A stretch of 64,000 bases of DNA from Pirellulales bacterium (GCA_040901675.1 JBBDYJ010000001.1:43618-107617); one strand, 5' to 3'. Numbered from the stretch's first letter, positions 1 through 11,019 are shown. Notes: generated by a model not told the origin, from the sequence alone. A program made the numbers and translations.

Positions 1-75
1 ACCAGCCCAGTCGAGACCAGCCCAGTCGAGACCAGCCCAGTCGAGACCAGCCCAGTCGAGACCAGCCCAGACGAG
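1..75. repeat. 15-bp tandem repeat (ACCAGCCCAGTCGAG x4 plus one variant copy), cut by the window edge
   Basis: Directly visible with no spacers; lies just upstream of rplW and may be the tail of the preceding gene (expected rplD) or intergenic. Confidence 0.9.
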
Positions 76-83
76 ACCAAGAA

Positions 84-419
84 ATGGCCGAAACACCTCC
101 ACCCACCGAAGCCGAAACTGAAGTCAGCCCGGCTGCCCACCTCGAGCCGCACCAGATCATTCTGCGCCCCCTGGTGACCGAGAAGGGGATGCACCGCTCG
201 ACGCGACACAATGCCTATGCATTCGAGGTCAACCGGCTGGCCACCAAGCACGACGTGCGGCGGGCCGTCGAGGCGCTGTTCAACGTGAAAGTGGTCCGGG
301 TCCATACGCTGAACCGCAAGGGAAAGCCCCGCAGGACCCGCTTCCGCAGCGGTTACACCAAGGACTGGAAGAAGGCGGTCGTCAAGCTCGACGCCGAGCA
401 ACGCATCGAGCTGTTCTAG
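84..419 (+). CDS. rplW: 50S ribosomal protein L23
   Basis: PLVTEK, YAFEV, WKKAVV motifs; position before rplB. Confidence 0.97.
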   Translation: MAETPPPTEAETEVSPAAHLEPHQIILRPLVTEKGMHRSTRHNAYAFEVNRLATKHDVRRAVEALFNVKVVRVHTLNRKGKPRRTRFRSGYTKDWKKAVVKLDAEQRIELF

Positions 420-453
420 ACGCCAGAAACGTAGAGCTTTTCAGAAACAACCC

Positions 454-1308
454 ATGGGAATACGACGCTACAAACCGACGACCGCCGGGCGCCGCGGGGC
501 CAGCGTCAGCGATTTTGCCGAGCTGACGCCCGGCGCAGGACCCGAAAAGACCCTGCTGGTTCCCAAACGCAAAAAGGGAGGCCGCAACAACCAGGGCCGC
601 ATCACCGCGCGCCATCGCGGTGGCGGCCACAAGCAGCAGTACCGCCTGATCGACTTTCGCCGCACCAAAGACGGCATCCCGGCCCGCGTGCACTCGATTC
701 AGTACGATCCGAACCGCAGCGCGCGGATCGCGCTGTTGCACTACGTCGACGGCGAGAAGCGTTACATCCTGGCTCCCCACGGGCTCAAGGAGGGAGCGCA
801 GTTGATGAGCGGCAGCGACGCCCCGCCGGCCGTCGGCAACTGTCTGCCCCTGCGGAACATCCCCCTGGGCATGGCCATCCATAATATCGAGCTGGAGCCG
901 GGACGCGGCGGCGTGCTCTGCCGCTCGGCCGGCACCAGTGCCACGCTGGCAGCCCGCGACGCCAACTGGGCCCAGATCACGCTGCCCAGCGGCGAGATCC
1001 GGCGGATCCCGGCGGCCTGCCGGGCCACGATCGGCGCCACGGGCAACCCGGACCATATGAATATCGTGCTGGGCAAGGCGGGGCGGAAGCGGTGGATGGG
1101 CCGCCGGCCCCACGTCCGCGGCACCGCCATGAACCCGATTGACCATCCCCACGGCGGCGGCGAGGGGCGCACCAAGGGTGGGCGTCACCCGGTCAGCCCG
1201 ACGGGCAAGCTGGCCAAGGGGGGGCGCACGCGGAACCGGCGGAAGCCTTCGAACGCGGCCATCGTGCGGCGGAGGCGTTCGCGCCGCTACGGGTTGCTCA
1301 AGATCTAA
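454..1308 (+). CDS. rplB: 50S ribosomal protein L2
   Basis: [33 protein letters not shown]. Confidence 0.99.
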   Translation: MGIRRYKPTTAGRRGASVSDFAELTPGAGPEKTLLVPKRKKGGRNNQGRITARHRGGGHKQQYRLIDFRRTKDGIPARVHSIQYDPNRSARIALLHYVDGEKRYILAPHGLKEGAQLMSGSDAPPAVGNCLPLRNIPLGMAIHNIELEPGRGGVLCRSAGTSATLAARDANWAQITLPSGEIRRIPAACRATIGATGNPDHMNIVLGKAGRKRWMGRRPHVRGTAMNPIDHPHGGGEGRTKGGRHPVSPTGKLAKGGRTRNRRKPSNAAIVRRRRSRRYGLLKI

Positions 1309-1339
1309 GCCAACCGACTGCCAGAAAACACCAACTGCC

Positions 1340-1612
1340 ATGGGAAGATCGCTCAAAAAAGGACCCTTCATCAACCCGAAGCTGTACATGAAGGTCCAGC
1401 GGCTCGACAACACGGGGAGCAAGACGCCCATCAAGACGTGGGCCCGCGCCTGCACGGTCGTGCCGGAATTCGTGGGCCATACGTTCATGGTTCACAACGG
1501 CAAGACGCACCTGAAGGTCTTCATCACCGAGGACATGGTCGGGCACAAGCTGGGCGAGTTTGCTCCCACCCGCACGTTCCGGGGGCATGGCGGCAAGGGC
1601 GGCAAGAAATAA
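1340..1612 (+). CDS. rpsS: 30S ribosomal protein S19
   Basis: [10 protein letters not shown]...[13 protein letters not shown]; start moved to ATG 1340. Confidence 0.98.
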   Translation: MGRSLKKGPFINPKLYMKVQRLDNTGSKTPIKTWARACTVVPEFVGHTFMVHNGKTHLKVFITEDMVGHKLGEFAPTRTFRGHGGKGGKK

Positions 1613-1632
1613 GGAATCAAGGAATCGGAGTC

Positions 1633-1968
1633 ATGGCGTACGAGGCTGTCCATCGATTTGCCCGGGTGAGCGCCCGCAAGGTGCGCCCGCTGGCCGACCT
1701 GATCCGCGGCAAGCACGCCGACGAGGCGCTGGACATTCTGCGCTACCAGCCGCAGCGCGGGGCGCGGCTCTTGGAGAAAGTGCTCAAAAGCGCGATGGGC
1801 AACGCCGAAGAGCGGCGGGCCCAGAACCTGCAGGACCTGGTGGTCGTCGACGCGCGCGTGGACGAGGGGCCGATGTTCAAGCGCATCCGGCCTCGCGCCC
1901 GCGGCATGGCTTTTATGATCAAGAAACGCATGAGCCACATTCGCGTGGCAGTGGGCAACATCGAGTGA
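1633..1968 (+). CDS. rplV: 50S ribosomal protein L22
   Basis: SARKVR...VDEGPMFKRIRPRARG; ATG 1633 after GGAG. Confidence 0.98.
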   Translation: MAYEAVHRFARVSARKVRPLADLIRGKHADEALDILRYQPQRGARLLEKVLKSAMGNAEERRAQNLQDLVVVDARVDEGPMFKRIRPRARGMAFMIKKRMSHIRVAVGNIE

Positions 1969-2003
1969 TAGCGCTCCCGTGTGGAGCGAAAGGTTGCATT
2001 TGC

Positions 2004-2702
2004 ATGGGCCAGAAAGTCAATCCAATCTGCTTCCGCACGGGCATCATGACCGGCTGGAAAAGCCGCTGGTATGCCTCGAAGCAGGAGTTCAGCGAGCTGT
2101 TGCTCGAGGACCAAAAGCTGCGGAAGTTCATCAAGGAGAAATACAAGTTCGCCGGCATCCCTAAGATCGAGATCGAGCGGACCCGCGATGAAGTCAAGGT
2201 GATACTGTATTCGGCCCGCCCCGGCATCATCATCGGCCGCAAGGGGCAGGAGGTCGAGCGGCTGCAAGCGGAGATGCAGGACCTGGTCGGCCGCCGCATC
2301 AACATCAAGATCGAGGAGATTTCGCGGCCGGAGATCCAGGCCCAGTTGGTGGCCGAGGACGTCGCCGAGCAGTTGAGCAAGCGGGCCAGCTTCCGCCGCA
2401 CGATGAAGCGGGCCATCGAGCAGACGATGGAGGCCGGCGCCAAGGGGATCAAGGTGCAGCTTGCCGGGCGGCTGGGCGGATCGGAAATGGCCCGCCGCGA
2501 GAAGCAGATTGCCGGTTCGATCCCGCTCTCGACGCTGCGGGCCAAGATCGATTACGGCTTCACCGAGGCCAAGACCGCCCAGGGACACATCGGGGTCCAG
2601 GTGTGGATCAACCAAGGCATGTATCAAGAGGACGAGATCCATGGCGCTGATGCCCAAGAGGGTCAAGCACCGAAAAAGCCAAAGAGGACGTATAAGAGGT
2701 AA
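2004..2702 (+). CDS. rpsC: 30S ribosomal protein S3
   Basis: MGQKVNP, RPGIIIGRKG, GRLGGSEMAR, PLSTLRAKIDY. Confidence 0.98.
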   Translation: MGQKVNPICFRTGIMTGWKSRWYASKQEFSELLLEDQKLRKFIKEKYKFAGIPKIEIERTRDEVKVILYSARPGIIIGRKGQEVERLQAEMQDLVGRRINIKIEEISRPEIQAQLVAEDVAEQLSKRASFRRTMKRAIEQTMEAGAKGIKVQLAGRLGGSEMARREKQIAGSIPLSTLRAKIDYGFTEAKTAQGHIGVQVWINQGMYQEDEIHGADAQEGQAPKKPKRTYKR

Positions 2703-3057
2703 CGCCACCCGCGGCAACCGGGTCGTGTTCGGCGACTATGGACTGCAGGCCACCCAGGCCGGCTGGATCAGCGCCGCCACGATCGAAGCCGGGCGTATCG
2801 GCGCGCAGCAGTACCTGCGGACCGAGGGCCGGCTGTACATCCGCGTGTTCCCCCATAAATCGGTGACCTCGATTCCCTTGGAGACCCGCATGGGCAAGGG
2901 CAAGGGGGAGCCGGAGTTTTGGGCGGCGGTGGTCAAGCCGGGCACGATCCTGTACGAGATCTCGGGCGTGTCGGAGGAAGCGGCCCGCATCTGCTTCCGC
3001 CGGCTGGCGCACAAGATGCCCGTTCGAGTTCGATTTGTCCGCCGCCGCCTCGTTTAG
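2641..3057 (+). CDS. rplP: 50S ribosomal protein L16
   Basis: MPKRVKHRK, RMGKGKG; overlaps the rpsC 3' end by 62 nt. Confidence 0.98.
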   Translation: MALMPKRVKHRKSQRGRIRGNATRGNRVVFGDYGLQATQAGWISAATIEAGRIGAQQYLRTEGRLYIRVFPHKSVTSIPLETRMGKGKGEPEFWAAVVKPGTILYEISGVSEEAARICFRRLAHKMPVRVRFVRRRLV

Positions 3058-3141
3058 CAATCAGTTCCGTTAAAGACCGCACCCAACCGGCCACCACCCA
3101 ACCGACCACCAGACCACCCGCTTGAACAACCCGATCGTGCC

Positions 3142-3381
3142 ATGACCAAAGCAGCCGAACTGCGCGAGATGAGCGACGAGCAGTTGAAGTTGACCTTGAA
3201 GGAGGCGGCGGAGAACCTGTTCCGCCTGCGGCTGAAGGCCCAGACCCAACGGCTGGAGGCCCCCAGCGAGCTGCGCAAGCACCGCCGGCTGATCGCGCGG
3301 CTGAAGACCATCCAGGGCCAACGCGCGATCCGGCAGTCCGAGGCGCCGCAACCCTCCACCGCTCGCAAGGATACCCCCTGA
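3142..3381 (+). CDS. rpmC: 50S ribosomal protein L29
   Basis: ELREMS..., LFRLR, IARLKT; gene order. Confidence 0.95.
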   Translation: MTKAAELREMSDEQLKLTLKEAAENLFRLRLKAQTQRLEAPSELRKHRRLIARLKTIQGQRAIRQSEAPQPSTARKDTP

Positions 3382-3776
3382 TGCCCAAGAGAGTCGCCGT
3401 CGGAATCGTGACCAGTGACAAGATGGCCAAGAGCCGCCGCGTGGAGATTCCCCGGCTGGTCAAGCACCCCAAGTACGGCAAATACCTCCGGCGCAAAACC
3501 GTCTGCCACGTGCACGACGAACAGGAGCAGTCGTCGCTGGGCGACACGGTCGAGATCGCCGAGTGCCCGCCCCGCTCGAAGCTGAAGCGCTGGGAGCTGG
3601 TGCGGGTGATCAGCAAGAGCCAAGCCGTCGATATCGCCGCCATGCGGGCGGCAGCCAGGGCCGGCGGCACCGAATTCAACGAGATCCTGGCCGGTTCCGG
3701 CAAGACCGACAGGCAAGGGACTGAAACACAGCGGCGGACCGAAACACAGCGGCCGGCCGAAACCGAGGATGCGTGA
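3381..3776 (+). CDS. rpsQ: 30S ribosomal protein S17 with C-terminal extension
   Basis: SDKMAK, HPKYGK, HDE, GDTVEIAECPPRSKLKRW. Confidence 0.97.
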   Translation: MPKRVAVGIVTSDKMAKSRRVEIPRLVKHPKYGKYLRRKTVCHVHDEQEQSSLGDTVEIAECPPRSKLKRWELVRVISKSQAVDIAAMRAAARAGGTEFNEILAGSGKTDRQGTETQRRTETQRPAETEDA

Positions 3777-3779
3777 GCC

Positions 3780-4148
3780 ATGATTCAGATGCAGACGCGG
3801 CTGACGGTGGCCGACAACACCGGCGCCAAGGAGGTGATGTGCATCAAGGTGCTGGGTGGCAGCCACCGGCGGACGGCCGGCCTGGGCGATGTCATCGTGT
3901 GCAGCGTCAAGAGCGTGATCCCCGGCAGCGACATCAAGAAAAAAGCGGTGGTCCGCGGCGTGATCGTGCGGGCCAAGCAGCCGACCCGGCGGACCGACGG
4001 CAGCTATGTCCGTTTCGACCAGAATGCCCTGGTGATCATCGACAACGACGGTAATCCCCGCGGCACGCGGATCTTCGGCGCCGTGGCCCGTGAGCTGAGG
4101 GAAAAGAACTTCATGAAAATCGTCAGCCTGGCCGCCGAGGTGGTGTGA
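3780..4148 (+). CDS. rplN: 50S ribosomal protein L14
   Basis: [28 protein letters not shown]. Confidence 0.99.
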   Translation: MIQMQTRLTVADNTGAKEVMCIKVLGGSHRRTAGLGDVIVCSVKSVIPGSDIKKKAVVRGVIVRAKQPTRRTDGSYVRFDQNALVIIDNDGNPRGTRIFGAVARELREKNFMKIVSLAAEVV

Positions 4149-4504
4149 TGCATATTCGCGTGGGAGACACGGTGGAAGTGATCGCCGGCAACGACCGCGG
4201 CCAGCGCGGCAAGGTGCTCAAGGTCGACCGCGACGCCGGCAAGCTGCTGGTCGAGGGAATGAACCGGGTGTTCAAGCACATGCGCCGCAGCCAGCGCAAT
4301 CCGCAGGGCGGCCGGCTCTCCAAGGAAATGCCCATCCAGTTGTCCAACGTGAAGCTGGTTTGCCCCAACTGCAACGCCGCCAGCCGCACCGCGGCCAAGT
4401 TCACCGCGGAAGGCGGCAAAGAGCGCGTCTGCAAGAAGTGCAAGAACGCCATCGGCCCGATCGCGCCACCCCGCAACCGCCTGGCCACGACCCGAACCCG
4501 TTGA
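4148..4504 (+). CDS. rplX: 50S ribosomal protein L24
   Basis: GDTVEVIAGNDRG KOW motif; TGATG coupling to rplN. Confidence 0.97.
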   Translation: MHIRVGDTVEVIAGNDRGQRGKVLKVDRDAGKLLVEGMNRVFKHMRRSQRNPQGGRLSKEMPIQLSNVKLVCPNCNAASRTAAKFTAEGGKERVCKKCKNAIGPIAPPRNRLATTRTR

Positions 4505-4544
4505 CCCGTTTACCCCGGCAGCCGCCCCGCGCGGCACCACGACT

Positions 4545-5117
4545 ATGCCTCCCCGACTGCTCGAACGATACCAAAAAGAACTGCTGCCGAAGCTCAAGAA
4601 GCAGTTGGGCCGCGGCAACCGCCTCTCGCTGCCCAGGCTCGAGAAGATCGTGATCAATATGGGTGTCGGCAGCGCCATCGCGGAAAAGAAGCACTTGGAA
4701 GAAGCCGTCTCGGCCTTGGCCCAGATCTCGGGGCAAAAGCCGGCCGTGACGCGCAGCCGCAAGTCGATCGCCAACTTCCGCCTCCGCGAGGGAATGGATA
4801 TCGGCTGCAAGGTGACCCTCCGCGGCGTGCGGATGTACGAGTTTTTGGACCGCTTGATCTCGCTGGCCCTGCCTCGCGTCCGCGATTTTCGCGGGCTGGA
4901 CCCGAATGCCTTCGACGGCCGCGGCAACTACAGCCTGGGGTTGAGCGAACAGCTCGTGTTCCCGGAGCTCAATCCCGACAAGTACACCCGCGTGCAGGGG
5001 ATGAATATCACGCTGGTGGTTTCCACCGACAGCAACGACGAATCGCGCGAGTTATTGCGGGGCCTCGGCATGCCGTTCAAGGTCGAGGAAGGCCAAAAGG
5101 GGCGGCCGGCGGCCTGA
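4545..5117 (+). CDS. rplE: 50S ribosomal protein L5
   Basis: [25 protein letters not shown]. Confidence 0.99.
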   Translation: MPPRLLERYQKELLPKLKKQLGRGNRLSLPRLEKIVINMGVGSAIAEKKHLEEAVSALAQISGQKPAVTRSRKSIANFRLREGMDIGCKVTLRGVRMYEFLDRLISLALPRVRDFRGLDPNAFDGRGNYSLGLSEQLVFPELNPDKYTRVQGMNITLVVSTDSNDESRELLRGLGMPFKVEEGQKGRPAA

Positions 5118-5199
5118 AGACACAACGAGCGCGGGAGCTTTTTCCCGCGACAGCACAGCCAGCGGGAGCTTTCCCGCGACCCGGAGGACGACCAGCTCG

Positions 5200-5385
5200 A
5201 TGGCGAGTAAATCGAAAATTGCCAAAGCCAGGCGCGTGCCTAAGTTCACCACCCGGCGCGAATCCCGCTGCCAGATCTGCGGCCGGCCGCGAGCGGTCTA
5301 CCGCAAGTTTCGCATTTGCCGCATCTGCGTGCGCAAGCTGGCCGATCAGGGGTTGATTCCAGGACTCAAGAAGGCGAGTTGGTAA
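5200..5385 (+). CDS. rpsN: 30S ribosomal protein S14, zinc-binding type Z
   Basis: 61 aa with RCQICGRPR and CRIC; ends KASW. Confidence 0.97.
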   Translation: MASKSKIAKARRVPKFTTRRESRCQICGRPRAVYRKFRICRICVRKLADQGLIPGLKKASW

Positions 5386-5402
5386 AGGGACCACCAAGCA
5401 CG

Positions 5403-5798
5403 ATGATGACCGATCCTATCGCCGATATGTTGACCCGCATCCGAAACGCGGTGCGCGTCGAACGGCCCAGCGTGGAGATGCCGCTGTCCAAAGTCAAGCG
5501 CGGGCTGGCCGAAGTGCTCAAGCGCGAAGGCTACATCTGGGACTTCGAGGAACTCGAATCCCTCCCCAGCCGGCAGCTCCGCCTGCACCTGAAGTACGGC
5601 CCCAATGGCGAACGCGTCATCCGGCACATCAAGCGGGTCAGCAAGCCGGGACGCCGCGTCTACAAGGGGGCCGACGGTTTGCGGCCCGTGCTCAACGGGC
5701 TGGGAATATCGATCATCAGCACCAGCCGGGGCGTCATCAGCGACCGCGAGGCCCGCCAGCGCCATCTGGGGGGCGAAGTCTTGTGCGAACTCTGGTAA
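5403..5798 (+). CDS. rpsH: 30S ribosomal protein S8
   Basis: MMTDPIADMLTRIRNA, SKPGRRVY, STSRG, GGEV. Confidence 0.98.
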   Translation: MMTDPIADMLTRIRNAVRVERPSVEMPLSKVKRGLAEVLKREGYIWDFEELESLPSRQLRLHLKYGPNGERVIRHIKRVSKPGRRVYKGADGLRPVLNGLGISIISTSRGVISDREARQRHLGGEVLCELW

Positions 5799-5871
5799 GG
5801 CCGCTGCAATCAGCGAATTTTAATCGAAACAGTGAACCCAAGCATCCTGAACCTCAACCAGTCTTCAAGCC

Positions 5872-6417
5872 ATGTCGCGCATCGGTAAAAAACCGTTGAC
5901 CGTTCCACCCGGAGTCAAAGTGGCCGTCCAGGGGAACACCATCGCCGTCGAAGGGCCCCTGGGCAAGCTGCAGTGGGGCTTTCACCGCGAGGTCGACGTG
6001 GCCCTGGGCGAAGGGGGAAAGCAGATTGCCGTCACCCGCCGCTCCGATGCCCGCACCGCGCGGGCCTTGCACGGCTTGAGCCGGGCCTTGATCCAGAACA
6101 TGCTCACGGGCGTCACCGAAGGGTACGAAAAGAAGCTGGAAATCGTGGGCGTCGGGTACCTGGCCGCCGTTCAGAAGGACATCCTGCAACTGCGCGTCGG
6201 TTTCGCCAACGAAGTCCACTTGAAGATACCCCAGGGGCTAACCGTCACCTGCCCCGACCAGACCCACGTGGTGATCAAGGGCAGCGACAAGCAGCAAGTC
6301 GGCCAATTCGCCGCCGAAGTTCGCGCCGTCCGCAAGCCGGAGCCTTACAAGGGCAAGGGCATCCGCTACGATGGCGAAGTCGTCCGCCGCAAGGCCGGCA
6401 AGGCCATGACCAAGTAG
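5872..6417 (+). CDS. rplF: 50S ribosomal protein L6
   Basis: MSRIGKKP, PEPYKGKGIRY. Confidence 0.99.
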   Translation: MSRIGKKPLTVPPGVKVAVQGNTIAVEGPLGKLQWGFHREVDVALGEGGKQIAVTRRSDARTARALHGLSRALIQNMLTGVTEGYEKKLEIVGVGYLAAVQKDILQLRVGFANEVHLKIPQGLTVTCPDQTHVVIKGSDKQQVGQFAAEVRAVRKPEPYKGKGIRYDGEVVRRKAGKAMTK

Positions 6418-6438
6418 TGTTTAGCTGGAAGTAATATC

Positions 6439-6807
6439 GTGAATCACGAAAAGGCCATCGCCCGACAGCGCCAACGACGGCGGTTCAGGGTCCGCAACCG
6501 CATCAAGCGCGACTCGACCAGCCCCCGGCTGAGCGTGTTCCGCAGCCACAAGCACCTTTACGTGCAGATTATCGACGACGCCGAAGGGCGCACGCTGGCC
6601 TCCGCCAGCACCACCGACAAGGACCTGGCCGGCGGCTTGCCGTACGGAGGAAACAAGGCGGCCGCCGAGGCGGTGGGCAAGGTCATCGCGGAAAAGGCCT
6701 TGGCCGCGGGAATCAAGCAGGTGGCCTTCGATCGCCGGGAGTATCAGTACCACGGCCGCGTGGCCGCCTTGGCCGATGCCGCCCGCCAGGCCGGTCTCAG
6801 CTTTTAG
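6439..6807 (+). CDS. rplR: 50S ribosomal protein L18
   Basis: [11 protein letters not shown]...[16 protein letters not shown] start. Confidence 0.98.
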   Translation: MNHEKAIARQRQRRRFRVRNRIKRDSTSPRLSVFRSHKHLYVQIIDDAEGRTLASASTTDKDLAGGLPYGGNKAAAEAVGKVIAEKALAAGIKQVAFDRREYQYHGRVAALADAARQAGLSF

Positions 6808-6847
6808 CGCCTAACAGCTTTAACACCTAGCAGGGAGTGTATCCGAC

Positions 6848-7360
6848 GTGTCCAGCAGCAGCGGAAGTAGAGAACGAGGCGGCGGCGGGAGCCGCGGCGA
6901 TTTGATCGACAAGGTCGTGAAGATCCGCCGCTGCGCGGCCGTGGTCAAGGGAGGCCGCCGTTTCAGCTTCACCGCCATGGTGGTGGTGGGCAACGGCAAG
7001 GGCAAAGTGGGCTGGGGCTACGGGAAAGCCAACGAAGTGCCTCCCAGCGTGGAAAAAGCGGTCAAGGACGGCACGCGGAACATGACCGAAATCTCGCTGG
7101 CGGGACGGACCATTCCGCACACCATTGAAGGCCATTTCGGCGCCGCCCGCGTGATCCTCGTGCCCGCCAGCCCCGGTACGGGCGTGATCGCCGGCACCAG
7201 CGTGCGGGCCGTCTGCGAGGCGGCCGGCATCCACGACATCCTGACCAAGAGCTTCGGCTCGACGAATCCGGCCAACCTGGTCAAGGCCGCCATCAACGCC
7301 CTGGTGAGCCTCCGTTCCCGGCAGGACGTCGAGCGGCTCAGGGGAGTATCGCTGTCATGA
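6848..7360 (+). CDS. rpsE: 30S ribosomal protein S5
   Basis: [26 protein letters not shown]. Confidence 0.98.
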   Translation: MSSSSGSRERGGGGSRGDLIDKVVKIRRCAAVVKGGRRFSFTAMVVVGNGKGKVGWGYGKANEVPPSVEKAVKDGTRNMTEISLAGRTIPHTIEGHFGAARVILVPASPGTGVIAGTSVRAVCEAAGIHDILTKSFGSTNPANLVKAAINALVSLRSRQDVERLRGVSLS

Positions 7361-7980
7361 ACCTGCACGACGTCAACCGCGGGATCAAGAAACACAAGAA
7401 ACGCCGCCGCGTAGGACGCGGCCCCGGTTCCGGCCATGGAAAAACCAGCGGCCGCGGGCATAAGGGGCAGGGGCAACTGGCCGGTTGGACGACGCACCCC
7501 GCCTTCGAGGGGGGGCAAATGCCGCTCTCGCGGCGCGTCCCCAAGCGAGGGTTCCACAACCGCTGGGCCCGTACGGTCAAAGTCGTCAACGTGGGCGACC
7601 TCCACGAATGGTTTAACGACGGCGACGCAGTAACTGCGGAGAGCCTGGCCGCCTTGGGCCAACTCAACGGCCGCTTCGACGTGTTGAAGGTGCTGGGCGA
7701 CGGCGAGCTGGGCAAGAAACTGAAGGTCTCGGCGCATCGCTTCAGCCGCTCGGCCGAGGAAAAGATCCGTGCGGCCGGTGGCGAGGCGCTGGTCCTTGCG
7801 GGCCCCGCGCCGGTCGGCAAGCAGGCGGCAGCCGCGGCCGGTCGTGCGGCGGGGGCAGGCCGGCAGCGGCCAACCCCCGCCAAACCCAAGTCACCGTCCA
7901 GGCCCAAGCCGGCCGGAAAGGCAAAGCCGGCCGCCAAGGCGAAGTCGGCCAAACCCGCCAAGAAGAAAAAAGAGGACTGA
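7357..7980 (+). CDS. rplO: 50S ribosomal protein L15 with Ala/Pro/Lys-rich C-terminal tail
   Basis: [33 protein letters not shown] overlap with rpsE. Confidence 0.98.
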   Translation: MNLHDVNRGIKKHKKRRRVGRGPGSGHGKTSGRGHKGQGQLAGWTTHPAFEGGQMPLSRRVPKRGFHNRWARTVKVVNVGDLHEWFNDGDAVTAESLAALGQLNGRFDVLKVLGDGELGKKLKVSAHRFSRSAEEKIRAAGGEALVLAGPAPVGKQAAAAAGRAAGAGRQRPTPAKPKSPSRPKPAGKAKPAAKAKSAKPAKKKKED

Positions 7981-8173
7981 TTCTCTCAAGCCGCGGTCTG
8001 ACCGGGCGAACTACAAGGCAGGGCCGAATCGAGCGGCCGGACTGTTCTTGATCCGGCGCAAGGTCTGTGCAATCCTACCCGATGACGAACGTCCGGCGGT
8101 GCCTCGCGACTCGAATGTCGAGGCCTTGACACGGAAGGTCGCCGGCCCAATCCAATAAAGGACGGATCGAGCC

Positions 8174-9526
8174 ATGTGGGAAAAAATCCGCGTCGTCTTC
8201 ACCATTCCGGAGCTGCGCAGGAAGATCGCCCTGACGCTGGGCCTTTTGGCAATCTACCGGGTCGGCTCCTGGATTCCGCTGCCGATCATCGATCAGAGCA
8301 AGAACCTGTTCGCCGGCAGCGATGACGGCCTGGGCAGGATCCTGGCGAACGTGGCCACGTTCAGCGCCTCGCAACTCGACCAGGCCACGATCTTTGGGCT
8401 GGGGATCATGCCCTATATCTCGGCCTCCATTATTTTCCAGCTTTTGGCCAGCGTCTGGGAGCCGCTCAAGGAACTGCAAAAAGAGGGGGAGAGCGGCCGC
8501 AAGAAGATCAACGAATACACCCGTTATGCCACCGTGGTCTTGTGCCTGGGCCAAAGCTGGTTCTACGTTTCGGTGCTGGTCGGCCAGGAAATGATCGATA
8601 AGAGCTTCATGCCGCTGGGATACCTCCCCTGGTACTGGCACGTGGTCAGCGTGCTGACGATGACCGCCGGCACCGTCTTCCTGATGTGGCTGGGCGAGCA
8701 GATCGACGAGTTCGGCATCGGCAACGGCATCAGCCTGCTGATTATGGCCGGCATCCTGGCCCGGATGCCGGCGGCGGGCCTGACCCTGTTGGAGCCCCTG
8801 CTCCAGGGCGAATTGGTGCTGGAAGGAGCGCCCGGCGAATTGGGCGTGGCCAAGCTGATCGTGCTGGCCTTGTTGTTCGTGGGCGTCGTGTTTGGGGTGG
8901 TGTTCATCACCCAAGGCCAGCGGCGCATTCCCACGCAGAGCGCCAAGCACGTCCGCGGCCGCCGCGTCTATGGCGGCACCCGCCAGTACCTGCCCTTGCG
9001 GGTCAACCAGGCCGGCGTGATGCCGATCATCTTCGCCAGCAGCTTGCTGATGTTTCCGGCGTTCCTGTTCGAGTGGCTCAGCCGCAGCTTTCCCGGCTCA
9101 GGCCTGCTGGCGGAGGTGGGCCGGGCGTTTTCCGACTATTCGTCGTACGTGCACAACGTGCTGTACGTGATCATGATCTATTTCTTCTGCTATTTCTGGA
9201 CGGCGATCACGTTCAACCCCAAGGACATGTCCGACAACCTGAAGAGCTTCGGCACGTTCATTCCCGGCTATCGCCCCGGCCGCCGCACGGCCGACTACCT
9301 GGAGAAGGTGATGCTGCGGATTACCTACGTGGGGGCCGGCTTTCTGGCCCTGGTGGCCATCTCGCCCACGCTGGTATCGCGGTCGGTGGAAATCGATCAG
9401 AACATCGCCAGCTTTTACGGCGGCACCGGCCTGTTGATCGCCGTCAGCGTGGCCTTCGACCTGGTGCAGAAAATCGACAGCCATTTGGTGATGAGGAATT
9501 ATCGGGGGTTGCTGGAAAAATCGTAA
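8174..9526 (+). CDS. secY: Preprotein translocase subunit SecY
   Basis: LGIMPYISASII, GIGNGISLLI, FIPGYRPG, GGTGLLI; multiple TM segments. Confidence 0.99.
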   Translation: MWEKIRVVFTIPELRRKIALTLGLLAIYRVGSWIPLPIIDQSKNLFAGSDDGLGRILANVATFSASQLDQATIFGLGIMPYISASIIFQLLASVWEPLKELQKEGESGRKKINEYTRYATVVLCLGQSWFYVSVLVGQEMIDKSFMPLGYLPWYWHVVSVLTMTAGTVFLMWLGEQIDEFGIGNGISLLIMAGILARMPAAGLTLLEPLLQGELVLEGAPGELGVAKLIVLALLFVGVVFGVVFITQGQRRIPTQSAKHVRGRRVYGGTRQYLPLRVNQAGVMPIIFASSLLMFPAFLFEWLSRSFPGSGLLAEVGRAFSDYSSYVHNVLYVIMIYFFCYFWTAITFNPKDMSDNLKSFGTFIPGYRPGRRTADYLEKVMLRITYVGAGFLALVAISPTLVSRSVEIDQNIASFYGGTGLLIAVSVAFDLVQKIDSHLVMRNYRGLLEKS

Positions 9527-9553
9527 TCATCCGGCCGTGGGCCCGGGATCGAG

Positions 9554-10129
9554 ATGCGGGTAATCTTCATTGGTCCGCCAGGGGCCGGCAAAGGTACCCA
9601 GTCGCAGCGGCTGGCCGAATACCTGGATATTCCGCACCTTTCCACGGGCGACATGCTGCGGCAGGCTGTCCGCGAGCGGACCGAGGCGGGCCGGCTGGCC
9701 GAGCCCTATATGTCCAGCGGCCAGTTGGTCCCCGACGAGATCATTCTGAAACTGGTGGGCGAGCGTTTGCAGCGGCCCGATGCCGCCACCGGCGCGGTCT
9801 TCGACGGATTTCCCCGCAATCTGCGGCAGGCCGAGTCGCTGGACAATACATTGCGCGAGATGAACTCACCGTTGGACGTGGTAATCGAGCTGCGGCTGGA
9901 TGACGCGCAGGTCATCCAGAGGCTGTCGGGCAGGGGCCGCGACGACGACCGCCCCGAGATCATCGCCGAACGGCTCAAGTCGTATTGGGACCAAACGCGC
10001 CCGCTGCTGGACTACTACCGCAAACGCGGCCTCTTGAAGACGGTCGACGGCTCTGGTTCGCCGGACGAGGTCTTCGAGCGGATCAAAGCGGCCCTGCCCG
10101 ATTCGGGCGCGCCGCGGGCACGGAGCTGA
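9554..10129 (+). CDS. adk: Adenylate kinase (short form without LID insert)
   Basis: [27 protein letters not shown]. Confidence 0.97.
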   Translation: MRVIFIGPPGAGKGTQSQRLAEYLDIPHLSTGDMLRQAVRERTEAGRLAEPYMSSGQLVPDEIILKLVGERLQRPDAATGAVFDGFPRNLRQAESLDNTLREMNSPLDVVIELRLDDAQVIQRLSGRGRDDDRPEIIAERLKSYWDQTRPLLDYYRKRGLLKTVDGSGSPDEVFERIKAALPDSGAPRARS

Positions 10130-10137
10130 ACCGAAGC

Positions 10138-10923
10138 GTGCTGACCCTTCGATCTAGCCGCGAGATTGCCCTGATGCGGGAGGCGGGCCTGTTGGTCTGG
10201 GAGGCGCACCAACTGGGCGCGCGGCTGGTCGAGCCCGGGGTGACCACCGCGGAAATCGACGCCGTGATCGAAAAGTTCTTCGCCGAGCATCACGCCGTGC
10301 CCCTGTTCAAAGGGGTGCCCGGCAAGGTCCCTTTCCCGGCCGTGACCTGTATTTCGGTGAACGACGAAGTCGTGCACGGCATTCCGGGGCCCCGGCGGCT
10401 TCGAGCCGGCGACATCGTGAGCATCGACACCGGGTGCAAGCTCAACGGCTGGTGCGGCGACGCCGCCGTCACGCTGCCGGTGGGCCCGGTTGCGCCCCAG
10501 GTCGCCCGCTTGCTGGAGGTGACCAAGGGCACGTTGAACCTGGCGATCGAGCAGATGAAGGTCAAGCGCCGCTGGAGCGAGGTGGCCGCCGAGATGCAGC
10601 AGTACGTGCGCGACTCTGGGTTCCACGTGGTGGAGTGCTTCGTGGGGCACGGGATCGGCCGCGAAATGCACGAGGAGCCGCAGGTTCCCAACTTCGTCAG
10701 CGGCCACTTCCGCCGCAACGGCGACTTCGAGCTGCGGCCGGGCCTGGTGATCGCGGTCGAGCCGATGGTCAACATGGGCACCAAGAAGGTAAAGAGCCTG
10801 CCCGACCACTGGACCCAGGTGACCCAAGACGGCAAGCCCAGCGCCCACTTCGAGCACACGATCGCCATGACCGAAGAAGGGCCGCAGCCGCTGACGTGCG
10901 GCCCCCACGGGGAGACTTGGTAA
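10138..10923 (+). CDS. map: Methionine aminopeptidase type I
   Basis: [31 protein letters not shown] start inferred. Confidence 0.97.
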   Translation: MLTLRSSREIALMREAGLLVWEAHQLGARLVEPGVTTAEIDAVIEKFFAEHHAVPLFKGVPGKVPFPAVTCISVNDEVVHGIPGPRRLRAGDIVSIDTGCKLNGWCGDAAVTLPVGPVAPQVARLLEVTKGTLNLAIEQMKVKRRWSEVAAEMQQYVRDSGFHVVECFVGHGIGREMHEEPQVPNFVSGHFRRNGDFELRPGLVIAVEPMVNMGTKKVKSLPDHWTQVTQDGKPSAHFEHTIAMTEEGPQPLTCGPHGETW

Positions 10924-10989
10924 AGGAGACCCGGTAAACCGGTAAAGCGGTAAAGCGGTGGGGAAGAAAAATTCCTATTGGCACGGGGC

Positions 10990-11019
10990 TTGAATTGCCC
11001 GCGGGCGAAGCGTTATACT
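10990..11019 (+). promoter_or_regulatory. Putative sigma70 promoter for the rpmJ-rpsM-rpsK-rpsD-rpoA-rplQ unit
   Basis: TTGAAT-N18-TATACT, 44 nt upstream of the rpmJ ATG. Confidence 0.6.

Noticed and set aside
1..75. Possible CRISPR array
   Set aside because: Units are 15 bp and abut with no unique spacers; no cas genes in the window
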